Source: Nitrospirota bacterium (GTDB taxonomy: Bacteria > Nitrospirota > Thermodesulfovibrionia > Thermodesulfovibrionales > Dissulfurispiraceae). From it: a stretch of DNA of 64,000 nucleotides. This document shows positions 16,972 to 25,882 of this stretch, in pieces. Below the pieces are notes generated by a model. The model was not told where the DNA came from. It worked only from the letters and a program-made list of their open reading frames with translations, and made no database searches. The number at the start of each line of letters is the position of its first letter. The stretch's first letter is position 1. A program made the position numbers and the translations under genes. The DNA lies in the NCBI GenBank assembly GCA_040758355.1, contig JBFLWF010000002.1:102915-166914 (forward strand). The letters run 5' to 3'.

Positions 16972-18162
16972 TTAATGCTGCTGTAAGGCAGTTTTGGTGC
17001 GCAGGACTTTTATCAGGAATATAAATGCCGCTGCAATAAGAACCGAGGCTGCCCCCAGAAATGCCCTGTCGAAGCCGAAATGTAGAGCTACAATCCCTGA
17101 AATGAGAGGCCCTGTTGTATGGCCTATATCCATTATCGAGCCCAATATCCCCATTGCAGAGCCATGAGATTCCTTTTTGCTTAAATCGGCGATGAATGCG
17201 GATGTGGCAGATGTTACGATTGAGAGGCTTAATCCGAACAATATACTGAGTGTAAGCAGTGGCAGGAATGATTTAAAAAGCGAGAAGCTTCCAATGCATA
17301 TTGCACCGATTAGAGCACCCCAGAATATCTGTGGCTGCCTTCCGTGCCTGTCTGAAAACCTTCCCATCACAGGTTTTGTAAGCGCAAGTGTGATCACCTG
17401 TGATGATAGGAATATGCCTACCTCATATGCGCTGAGACCGATTTTGACCGAATAAAGTGGAAGGAATGTCTCGAAAGTCCCGTATGCAAAGAGTATTGAT
17501 GCCTCAACTCCTGCAGTGATGAGGATAAGCCTGTTCGATAGCACAGATTTAAAAGATGCGAATGTCTCTTTCCAGTCCCGTTTTTCGATTTTTTTATCAG
17601 GGGCGGATGGCAATTTAAATGTGAGTATAAGGGCAAGTATGCCTGCCGCGCCGCATACAAGATACACAATCTTATAGCTAAGGCCGGGGTTAAAGACCAT
17701 TGCTCCTATGATGCCTCCGCCTGCAATTGGAGCCATAAACCTGCCAACAAGTGTTGAAGTGGAAAACCATCCCATTTTTTCTCCCCTTTCATGATGAAAG
17801 AGGTCGGCAACGAGCGCCATTGCAACAGGGATGAATACGGCTGTGGCAAAGCCGTGATAGAACCTCACGATGGCAAGCTGCCATATTTTATTTACGAACA
17901 GGTACAGAAATGGTGCGGTCGAAAATACGATGAGTGAAAAGATGAGCATTTTTCTCCTGCCGAGCCTATCCGACAGTATCCCTGCCGGTATGCTTGCGAC
18001 TATGCCTGTAAATGCTGATACAGCAGCCACAAACCCAACACCGGATGGGTCTGCACCGAGGTGCGATGCAAAAAGCGGAAGAACAGGGCTTTTCGATATT
18101 GTAGAGCTGAATATGGCAAAAAGCCCTGTGGTGCAAAGCAATATGAATGGGCTAAATTTCAC
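16972..18162 (-). CDS. MFS transporter
   Basis: GILSDRLGRR and GRFSDRHGR motif A; about 12 TM helices. Confidence 0.9.
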   Translation of the reverse strand: MKFSPFILLCTTGLFAIFSSTISKSPVLPLFASHLGADPSGVGFVAAVSAFTGIVASIPAGILSDRLGRRKMLIFSLIVFSTAPFLYLFVNKIWQLAIVRFYHGFATAVFIPVAMALVADLFHHERGEKMGWFSTSTLVGRFMAPIAGGGIIGAMVFNPGLSYKIVYLVCGAAGILALILTFKLPSAPDKKIEKRDWKETFASFKSVLSNRLILITAGVEASILFAYGTFETFLPLYSVKIGLSAYEVGIFLSSQVITLALTKPVMGRFSDRHGRQPQIFWGALIGAICIGSFSLFKSFLPLLTLSILFGLSLSIVTSATSAFIADLSKKESHGSAMGILGSIMDIGHTTGPLISGIVALHFGFDRAFLGAASVLIAAAFIFLIKVLRTKTALQQH

Positions 18163-18719
18163 TTTTTCATGAGACCCTGAATCTCTCTGTGATAGCCGAG
18201 ATACCTCTGAAGCGTCTTCTCATTCTTCCCGTATTTCGGATATGTTTTCAGTATCTCTTCAAATCTCTGCTCGGCTTTGATCTCATTTTTAATCTCGACA
18301 ATGCCGTCCGTGATTATATCCACGAGCCTGTCTGCATAAATCACGATTTTTTCTTCGAGTGTTTTCAGAGTGTAATCTTTTACCGGTAGTTTCAGTTCTT
18401 TCGCCTCTTCTTCTGTCAGCCCGCCCCTTATATGTTTTTCCATGATGTCTGTGACAGCTTCCGGAAGTCCGATTTTTCTTCCGATCTCGGCACCGATCTT
18501 TCCGTGCTCGATTTCGTGTGTTTTTGCCTTTCCGAGGTCGTGGAATAATGCGCCCCTGCCGACAATCTCCATGTCGAGATTCGCGCCTGTTCGTTCCGCG
18601 ATCTCCAGTGCTTTTTCAGCTACCTTGACACAGTGCTTTATGTCGTCTTCGGAAACACCTGTTTTTCTCATTAATTCGATGTCCGAATCCTGAATTTTGT
18701 AACCCATGCTATCCTCCAT
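18159..18719 (-). CDS. HD/HDIG-domain metal-dependent phosphohydrolase
   Basis: HC..V, ALFHDLGK, HGKIG, YADR. Confidence 0.85.
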   Translation of the reverse strand: MEDSMGYKIQDSDIELMRKTGVSEDDIKHCVKVAEKALEIAERTGANLDMEIVGRGALFHDLGKAKTHEIEHGKIGAEIGRKIGLPEAVTDIMEKHIRGGLTEEEAKELKLPVKDYTLKTLEEKIVIYADRLVDIITDGIVEIKNEIKAEQRFEEILKTYPKYGKNEKTLQRYLGYHREIQGLMKK

Positions 18720-18725
18720 GCAAAA

Positions 18726-19010
18726 TCACTTTACCCCGAAATACGCAAGCGTATCCGCAACAGCCTTCTCGATGTCGTGCTGAATGTGCTCGAACTTTGT
18801 CTTTACATCGTCATGAATGTGCTGAATGTACTCCTGAAGCCCCTCCTTGCCATACTTTTCTTCGATCATCCTTCCATACTCATAAATCTTCGTGATATCG
18901 TGTCTCTCGGCCTTTTTCTCAGGGTCATTGTCGAGCCATTCATGAAGCTCGCGGTATTCGTTTCCTGTCCTCTCGCTGCTTGTCTTTAAATGTTTTGCTA
19001 CTGGCGGCAT
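18726..19010 (-). CDS. Hypothetical His-rich protein
   Basis: 94-aa ORF with RBS, in line with the HD and MFS genes. Confidence 0.65.
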   Translation of the reverse strand: MPPVAKHLKTSSERTGNEYRELHEWLDNDPEKKAERHDITKIYEYGRMIEEKYGKEGLQEYIQHIHDDVKTKFEHIQHDIEKAVADTLAYFGVK

Positions 19011-19028
19011 TTCTTTTTCCTCCTTTTT

Positions 19029-19073
19029 TGTAACATTTGATTATAATGTAACATGTGTTACATAGAAAGTCAA
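19029..19073 (-). promoter_or_regulatory. Sigma70 promoter with overlapping palindromic operator
   Basis: TTGACT-17-TACATT on the minus strand; ATGTAACA-TG-TGTTACAT at 19046-19063. Confidence 0.7.
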
Positions 19074-19091
19074 GAAAAAAATATAGTCCGA

Positions 19092-20084
19092 CTACGCCTT
19101 TGATTCGTAGAGCATTTCGAATATGCCCATTCCCCTTTCAAGGGCATCCGAATCGCTCTTTGAAGTTTTTCTTATCCCGGCAAGTATCTCCTCTATGCCT
19201 TTTGCCTCGGGCGTTTTGAATTTGTCGTCCTTAATATCGAGCTCGTGGACTATTGCAGCTATTTTTTTAATCCTCCTGTCGACCAGATTAAATGATTTGA
19301 TGAAAACTTCAAATGTGCACATGTCGCCGATATGCGTAAATTCCCCGCCCATGACATCGAAGGCAACCATGTTTTTGGCGAGATGTGCCGTCTCTTTTTC
19401 GTCGATGAACTCAAACGATGCTGCCGGGTCTATAAACTTTCTGATAAGCCATGCCGATGCCATTCTATCCACAAAGGGCCTCTTCCTTGTGACCCATGTT
19501 TTCCCCTGATAATCCTTTATGCGCCTGGGAACTATTGCAGGGATCCGAATACCTGCATAAACACGGTCAATGCCTTTAAGTTCGGCCTGCAGCGTTTCCA
19601 TACGCTTTTTAAGGACAGCCCCTGCTTTTGACGAAAAGAAGTCTATCCTCCTTATGGCCTCAAACTCTTTCAATAGTTTGTAGAGCTGTTCTGATAGTTT
19701 CTTGTTGCCGTGGATGCTGCTTCCTTTCTTTATGCTCTGTATTTTTCTCTCAAGCCCTTCAAGCCCCTTCTCGATATCCTGATAATCACGCTCCCTTTGC
19801 CTGTTGAAGAGGTCGATGATTTCCCTGTCGTGCATGGTTTCGATTTTTTCCACGTGCACAAAGGCGGCTTCGCCGCCCATTCCGACGGCTTCCGACACAA
19901 GCCATTGGCAAAACTCATAGTGTTCCTCGCTATGCGGGAGTATGTAGGCGGCGCCTTTGAACGGCAGCGCCCCGGCCTGTGTGAGTCTCCTCCATATTTT
20001 CATCCTGTTGCTCACAGGCTTTGAGGGGACGCTGTAGAAAAACAACAGCCAGCTATATATTTCCGCTTGTTTAGTCTGTAACAT
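19092..20084 (-). CDS. chrB: Chromate resistance regulator ChrB family
   Basis: RMKIWRRL N-domain; WVTRKRPFVDRMASAWLIRKFID, FTHIGDMCTFE. Confidence 0.85.
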   Translation of the reverse strand: MLQTKQAEIYSWLLFFYSVPSKPVSNRMKIWRRLTQAGALPFKGAAYILPHSEEHYEFCQWLVSEAVGMGGEAAFVHVEKIETMHDREIIDLFNRQRERDYQDIEKGLEGLERKIQSIKKGSSIHGNKKLSEQLYKLLKEFEAIRRIDFFSSKAGAVLKKRMETLQAELKGIDRVYAGIRIPAIVPRRIKDYQGKTWVTRKRPFVDRMASAWLIRKFIDPAASFEFIDEKETAHLAKNMVAFDVMGGEFTHIGDMCTFEVFIKSFNLVDRRIKKIAAIVHELDIKDDKFKTPEAKGIEEILAGIRKTSKSDSDALERGMGIFEMLYESKA

Positions 20085-20121
20085 TTAATGCTAATGTAAC
20101 AGACGTTATATGCGATGTCAA
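20077..20121 (-). promoter_or_regulatory. chrB promoter with the same operator motif; probably leaderless
   Basis: TTGACA-17-TACATT; ATATAACGTCTGTTACAT; ATG about 8 nt after the -10. Confidence 0.65.
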
Positions 20122-20235
20122 TGGGAATAAAGGCGCAGGATATTTATTTTTTGAACTTTTTCTATTAAACTTTTAAAAATATGTGGGAGGTGGCTCATTT
20201 TCAGGGCAATTGCTTCGGGCTTCTTACTTTTCCTT

Positions 20236-21426
20236 GTGATTCTTGCAGCATATTTTTATTTTAAAGGACCTGCAGAAAACCATGGGACTGTCCAGATCCC
20301 CGCAGATCAGGTCACTGAACCTTCCGAGCAGTCAGCATCCCTTAATCATGGCAGCGATTCGACGAAGACAGTGGATGAATCCATTAAATCAATCGAGATA
20401 TCGCCTTTGCTGGAAAACGATGTGAAGATTGATGAGAGGAACAGGGAATTGTGGTTGAAAGCAGAAGCAATGGCAAAGGCAGGAGACAATGAAAGCGCCA
20501 TTAAACTGCTCAAGGAAATCTCTGAAAGGGACAAGCATGCATTTACCGGCATTGGTATTTTGTTTTTGAAGATCGGGAGATACGATGATGCAATAAAATA
20601 CCTCGAGAAGGCAGTAGAGTTTGACAGTAATGATTTTACAGCACGGAAGATGCTTGCATTGGCTTACTACAAAGCGGATGACCTCGATAAAAGCCTCTAC
20701 AATATAGAAATAGGACTCTCCATGAAAAGCGACCAACAGTTGCAGTCTCTCCATGATAAAATCAAGAGAGAGCACAGGACGCAACAGAAATTCATTGATG
20801 AAAGCACCCGGCACTTCAAGGTTATTTTCGATGGGCACGAAAACGGTAACATCAGCAGGAGGGTATTGGGAATCCTTGATGACGCGTACAGGTTTGTTGG
20901 AAAGGAGCTTAATTATTTCCCGGATCAGCCTATAACCGTGATCATCTATACTGAAAAGGAATTCTTTGATACCACGCTGGCCCCTGGATGGGCTGGCGGT
21001 GCATATGATCTTATAGGAGGGAAGATCCGCATCCCGGTAAAGGGAGTGGAGGGCAAAGAGGCCGAACTGAAAAGGGTGCTATTTCATGAATATGTGCATG
21101 CCATGGTTGATTCCATTACACATCGTTGTCCACTATGGATTAATGAGGGACTTGCGGAATATTTTTCGAGGAATTATCCAAAGAGAATCGGTCAGGTTGT
21201 TCCTCTGAATTATCTTGAGAACTCATTTGTATGGCTCGGCGGAAGGGTTGGCATTGCTTACTGGGAGAGCCACTCTGCAGTGTCGTATCTCATAGAGAGG
21301 TATGGTGCTTCAAGGATGAAGGATTTGCTGATATCTCTCTCAAAGGGGGCTGATATGAATCAGGCATTCAAGGAAACGTTTAGCATTTCATATAATGAAT
21401 TTATTTCGTCATGGGGAAAGGGCTGA
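20236..21426 (+). CDS. TPR-repeat protein with peptidase MA-like (gluzincin) domain
   Basis: TPR helices; HEYVH...WINEGLAEY; true start probably further upstream. Confidence 0.75.
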   Translation: MILAAYFYFKGPAENHGTVQIPADQVTEPSEQSASLNHGSDSTKTVDESIKSIEISPLLENDVKIDERNRELWLKAEAMAKAGDNESAIKLLKEISERDKHAFTGIGILFLKIGRYDDAIKYLEKAVEFDSNDFTARKMLALAYYKADDLDKSLYNIEIGLSMKSDQQLQSLHDKIKREHRTQQKFIDESTRHFKVIFDGHENGNISRRVLGILDDAYRFVGKELNYFPDQPITVIIYTEKEFFDTTLAPGWAGGAYDLIGGKIRIPVKGVEGKEAELKRVLFHEYVHAMVDSITHRCPLWINEGLAEYFSRNYPKRIGQVVPLNYLENSFVWLGGRVGIAYWESHSAVSYLIERYGASRMKDLLISLSKGADMNQAFKETFSISYNEFISSWGKG

Positions 21427-21466
21427 GCCTTGACATAAGTTTCTTGTTTCCGATAATCTAAAAACA

Positions 21467-21564
21467 GTAAAGGGGAGTAGCTGAAACAGTGCATATCGTC
21501 AACACGTCTGCTTTAGGCAGGCCGGTACCACTGGTTAGAAAAAACTAACAGGCAAGACCTTTAC
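21467..21564 (+). ncRNA. yybP-ykoY manganese riboswitch aptamer
   Basis: gtaaaGGGGAGTAGC...TCGTCAACAC...CCGG...GCAAGACCtttac; TTGACA/GATAAT promoter upstream. Confidence 0.85.
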
Positions 21565-21627
21565 CGCAATGAGTATTTATTGGTAAACTATTTATTAATA
21601 AGTATTCACGCGGTAAAGGTCTTTTTT
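21555..21627 (+). terminator. Riboswitch expression-platform terminator
   Basis: agacctttaccgc...gcggtaaaggtct plus T-tract; competes with P1. Confidence 0.8.
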
Positions 21628-21644
21628 AATTGGAGGTGTAAAAG

Positions 21645-22493
21645 ATGAACGGATTAAAGACAATGGTTTTAATGGTTACATTAACCTTAATGCTTGTGGC
21701 AATAGGAGGCCTTCTGGGCGGCAAGTCAGGGATGACATTTGCTTTAATCATGGCCTTTGGAATGAACTTCATAACATACTGGTTCAGCGATAAGATAGTG
21801 CTGAAGATGTATGGCGCCAAGCCAGTAACAGAGGCAGAGGCTCCTGAGCTTTACGGCATTGCAAGAAGGCTTGCCCACAGGGCAGAGCTTCCCATGCCTA
21901 AGGTATATATAATGGATGAAGACCAGCCAAATGCATTTGCAACAGGGAGAAATCCAAATCATGGCGTGGTTGCCGTTACAACAGGCATAATGAGAATCCT
22001 TTCGAGGGAAGAGCTTGAAGGCGTCATAGCCCATGAACTTGCCCATATCAAACACAGGGATATACTCGTAGGCACAGTTGCTGCAACAATCGCAGGCGCT
22101 ATAAGCTACCTTGCACAGATGGCGCAGTGGGCAATGATATTCGGAGGAAGGCGTGACGATGAAGAGGGCGGAGGCAATCCAATAGCAGCTATCGTAATGA
22201 TGATTGTTGGCCCTATTGCAGCCATGCTTGTGCAGATGGCCATATCACGCTCAAGGGAATACGGTGCGGATGCAGGCGGTGCAAGGATCGCAGGAAATCC
22301 CATGCATCTTGCAAATGCCTTGAAAAAACTTCACATGGCTTCCCAGAGGATACATATGGATGCAAATCCAGCAACATCGCATATGTTTATAGTCAATCCC
22401 CTTTCAGGCGGGGGACTCTTAAAGCTCTTCAGCACACACCCGCCCATGGAGGAGAGGATAGCAAGGCTTGAGGCCATGAGAATGGGAAGTTAA
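21645..22493 (+). CDS. htpX: Zinc metalloprotease HtpX
   Basis: [23 protein letters not shown]. Confidence 0.93.
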   Translation: MNGLKTMVLMVTLTLMLVAIGGLLGGKSGMTFALIMAFGMNFITYWFSDKIVLKMYGAKPVTEAEAPELYGIARRLAHRAELPMPKVYIMDEDQPNAFATGRNPNHGVVAVTTGIMRILSREELEGVIAHELAHIKHRDILVGTVAATIAGAISYLAQMAQWAMIFGGRRDDEEGGGNPIAAIVMMIVGPIAAMLVQMAISRSREYGADAGGARIAGNPMHLANALKKLHMASQRIHMDANPATSHMFIVNPLSGGGLLKLFSTHPPMEERIARLEAMRMGS

Positions 22494-22519
22494 AAATGGA
22501 GTAATGGAGTGTTGGAGCG

Positions 22520-23011
22520 ATGAATAAACCATTGGTATTGATCCTTATGGGAAGCGACAGCGACCTGCCTGTTATGGAAAAGGCAGGAGAGGTCTTAAAG
22601 GAAATGGGTGTTCCTTATGAAATGGACATAAGCTCAGCCCATAGACTGCCTGAAAAGACAGCAGAGTACTCAAAGAGCGCAAGGGATCGCGGCATTGAGG
22701 TCATAATAGCAGGAGCAGGCATGGCAGCCCATCTTGCTGGCGTTGTCGCATCGCATACGACACTGCCTGTTATAGGCGTTCCGCTTAAATCAGGTGCATT
22801 GAATGGCGTTGATGCATTATATTCGACAGTGCAAATGCCTCCGGGAATACCTGTGGCAACGGTCGCAATTGATGGAGCAAAGAATGCCGCATATCTCGCA
22901 TGCTCCATACTTTCCATAAAATATCCCGAAATAGCCGACAGGTTGGAGGCATTCAGGGAAAAGACAAGAAAGTCGTTGCTGGAGAAATCGAAGGAGCTAA
23001 AGAAGTCTTAA
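22520..23011 (+). CDS. purE: N5-CAIR mutase
   Basis: [26 protein letters not shown]. Confidence 0.95.
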   Translation: MNKPLVLILMGSDSDLPVMEKAGEVLKEMGVPYEMDISSAHRLPEKTAEYSKSARDRGIEVIIAGAGMAAHLAGVVASHTTLPVIGVPLKSGALNGVDALYSTVQMPPGIPVATVAIDGAKNAAYLACSILSIKYPEIADRLEAFREKTRKSLLEKSKELKKS

Positions 23012-23047
23012 TATCAAGCCTGTACAGAACTGTAAAGAACTGCAAAT

Positions 23048-23082
23048 AAGCCCTTGCCATTAAGTTAAGGCAAGGGCTTTTT
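23048..23082. terminator. Intrinsic terminator between convergent purE and the LysR gene
   Basis: aagcccttgcc-10nt-ggcaagggctt plus T-tract. Confidence 0.7.
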
Positions 23083-23989
23083 ATTTATAAAGGAGCTTGT
23101 TATAAGGATAGTTCTCAAGGTAAGAAACCAACTCTTCGGAAGCCGGCGAAAGGACCATGTTTTGGAGCATTATGAGTGAGAAACTCCTGAGTATTTTTTC
23201 TTCCCTTGGAACAATAAACTTTAGTTTCCCTGTTTTAATTTCTTCCCTGGCATCCCATTTTGAAATTATGGATATCCCTGCCCCTCCGGCAACGGCCTCT
23301 TTTATGGATTCAGTACTGCCGAGTACAAGGGCTATGTGCAGTTTATTAACACCGATTCCGTGCGATAGGAGATATTCCTCTATTTTCTGTCTCGTGGCTG
23401 AACCTGCTTCTCTCATGATAAAAGGCTCTTTTGTTATCTCTAAAATCGAAACCAATTCCTTCCGGGACCATGGATGAGCCTGAGGTACAATAAAACCGAG
23501 CTCATCCTGAACTACCGGCTTTACATTAAAACTGTTGCTTGACGGTTCTCCTGCCACAATCCCGAAATCGATAAATCCGGCATTCAGGAGGTCTTCGATT
23601 CTTTTTGCATTGCCTACCAGCATATTTATTCTTATTCTGGGATGTTTTTTTCTGAAATCGATTATGACGCCTGGAAGCACATGATTGCCGAGGGTTGTGC
23701 TTGCGCCAAATGTGACGCCTCCCTTTATCATCCCTGTCGCTCTACCTATCTCCTTCTCTATTTTCTCGTGAAGATTAAGTATTTTTTTTGCATATTTATA
23801 CATGACTTCGCCGGCAGCAGTGAGAGTCACCGAGCCTCTGGATCTGTCGAGAAGCTTTGTGCCGCACACCTCTTCAAGCGCTTGAATCTGGAGGCTGACA
23901 GCAGGCTGTGTAATGTGAACAATCCTGGAGGTCTTTGAAAAACTTCCGGTTTCTGCGATAGTGCAGAATATTTTGAACTTGTATACCAT
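23081..23989 (-). CDS. LysR family regulator (CysL-like)
   Basis: SFSKTS..HITQPAVSLQI HTH; REAGSATR; GSTESIK. Confidence 0.9.
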   Translation of the reverse strand: MVYKFKIFCTIAETGSFSKTSRIVHITQPAVSLQIQALEEVCGTKLLDRSRGSVTLTAAGEVMYKYAKKILNLHEKIEKEIGRATGMIKGGVTFGASTTLGNHVLPGVIIDFRKKHPRIRINMLVGNAKRIEDLLNAGFIDFGIVAGEPSSNSFNVKPVVQDELGFIVPQAHPWSRKELVSILEITKEPFIMREAGSATRQKIEEYLLSHGIGVNKLHIALVLGSTESIKEAVAGGAGISIISKWDAREEIKTGKLKFIVPREEKILRSFSLIMLQNMVLSPASEELVSYLENYPYNKLLYK

Positions 23990-24117
23990 TCTTTAAAATA
24001 ACATATTTAAGCGGTGGTTATGAATTTTAATTATAAAAAAATAAGGATGATATTTATCAAAAGATGCGGTATTTTATACTACTCCAGAATAAAAGTTGGA
24101 AACCATGATCCGTAAAC

Positions 24118-24301
24118 ATGGATAGCAGGTATGCGCTCAAAGCCTTAAATAATGCGATGAGATTATTTTTCTGCCTGTTTCTCTGCTGAATGCAAAAGGT
24201 GATACTGAAGTTGCCCTTAAACAGCGGGCCAATGGCTCGTATGAGAGTGTTCGGCTCTGAGGTATCGCTATTTAAGGCTTTTCGGCACGCCTGCTATCCA
24301 T
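24118..24301. other. Long imperfect inverted repeat (~184 nt): structured RNA or MITE candidate
   Basis: atggatagcagg..aaagccttaaata..gcgat pairs with atcgc.tatttaaggcttt..cctgctatccat. Confidence 0.55.
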
Positions 24302-24389
24302 AATATAGAAAGCTTCATTACAGAAACTTTTTCAAGCGCATTTTTGTTATAATAATCTTTTATGTAGGCACGTGTAAGGAGTATTTCCT

Positions 24390-25850
24390 ATGAAGAAGAG
24401 GACGATAAAAAAGGTATTGGTTGCAAACAGGGGAGTTCCTGCAGTCAGGGTGATGCATACATGCAGGGATAGAAATATCCCCACTACTGCTGTTTACAGC
24501 ACACCCGATCGCCTCGCACACCATGTATTTATGGCTGACACTGCTGTGCATATAGGAGAGGCGCCACCAGTAGAATCCTACCTCAATATGGATAAAATGA
24601 TTAATGCTGCCCTCCAGAGCAAATCAGATGCAATACATCCGGGATGGGGATTCCTTGCCGAGAACGAGGAGTTTGCCCAGAAGGTGATAGACGCAGGGAT
24701 CATATGGGTAGGCCCTTCGCCAAAAGTCATAAAGATGATGGGAGACAAGATAGAAGCAAAAGTTATTGCACAAAAAGCGAATGTCCCGACGATCCCCGGA
24801 CTCAATGATGTCACCGATATAACTCAGATCAAGAAATGGATGAAACATGAAAAGGTAACATACCCTATTATGATAAAGGCTGCTGCAGGCGGCGGCGGCA
24901 AGGGGATGGTGAAGGTAGAGAATGAAGACCAGTTGCCTCAGGCTTTTGCACAGGCCCGTTCAGAGGCAAAGAAGGCATTCGGAGACGAAAAAATACTGGT
25001 CGAAAAATATATCGAGAGGGGAAGGCATATCGAAGTCCAGATAGTTGCGGATGAGCACGGCAATGTGGTTCACCTCTTTGAGAGGGAATGCACCCTCCAG
25101 AGGCGCAACCAGAAGATTATCGAAGAAGCCCCGTCTCCTACACTGGACGAAGACCTCCGTCAGGAGATATGTTTTACTGCTGTGAGATTGATGAGGGAGA
25201 TAGGATACACCACAGCAGGCACTGTGGAGTTTATCTTCGATTCATCCACAAAGAAATTTTATTTCCTCGAGGTCAATACGAGGCTGCAGGTGGAGCACGG
25301 CGTAACAGAGCTCATAACGGGTCTCGATATTGTGGGCATAATGCTCGATGTGGTCATGGGCAAAAAGCTTCCATTTAAACAGGCTGATATACATCCAAAC
25401 AGATGGGCTCTTGAAGTGCGTTTGAATGCAGAGGACCCGAAGACATTCAGCCCATCATTCGGCACTATTACACGCCTTGAGATACCTCACGGCCCTGGTG
25501 TAAGAATAGCCTCCGGTGTTTATGAAGGCGCTGATATTCCGCCTTATTATGACTCGCTTTTCATGTTGCTGATGACAGCAGGAGCTGACAGGGAAGATGC
25601 TGTAAGGACAATGGACAGGGCATTGAGCAGGAATCTCAGGGTTGAAGGGATAAAGACCCTTGCACCTCTTCTTTTAAGTATTATCAGGCATCATGCCTTT
25701 ATTGCAGGGGAGTTTTCAACCCGCTTCATCGAAGATCACATGAATGAGCTCATATCGATGTTTAAAGAAAAGAGCAGCGAGGATGAAGCGCTTAAGGTTG
25801 CACGGTATGTAGCAGAAATATCGGCTCTCGGTCCTCAGAAATGGATGTAG
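24390..25850 (+). CDS. pycA: Biotin carboxylase subunit (pyruvate-carboxylase subunit A-like)
   Basis: VANRG, HPGWGFLAEN, GGGGKG, RECTLQRRNQK, EVNTRLQVEH. Confidence 0.85.
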   Translation: MKKRTIKKVLVANRGVPAVRVMHTCRDRNIPTTAVYSTPDRLAHHVFMADTAVHIGEAPPVESYLNMDKMINAALQSKSDAIHPGWGFLAENEEFAQKVIDAGIIWVGPSPKVIKMMGDKIEAKVIAQKANVPTIPGLNDVTDITQIKKWMKHEKVTYPIMIKAAAGGGGKGMVKVENEDQLPQAFAQARSEAKKAFGDEKILVEKYIERGRHIEVQIVADEHGNVVHLFERECTLQRRNQKIIEEAPSPTLDEDLRQEICFTAVRLMREIGYTTAGTVEFIFDSSTKKFYFLEVNTRLQVEHGVTELITGLDIVGIMLDVVMGKKLPFKQADIHPNRWALEVRLNAEDPKTFSPSFGTITRLEIPHGPGVRIASGVYEGADIPPYYDSLFMLLMTAGADREDAVRTMDRALSRNLRVEGIKTLAPLLLSIIRHHAFIAGEFSTRFIEDHMNELISMFKEKSSEDEALKVARYVAEISALGPQKWM

Positions 25851-25882
25851 GAAATTCAGGCAATAGGCAAGAGGCAATAGGC

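Noticed and set aside
24198..24243. Fluoride (crcB) riboswitch-like string ggtgat...taaac...gccaatggctc
   Set aside because: P1 and pseudoknot pairing are poor and no typical fluoride gene lies directly downstream.
24118..24301. Definite 6S RNA call
   Set aside because: Shape and size fit only loosely and synteny is lacking; kept as an unknown structure.
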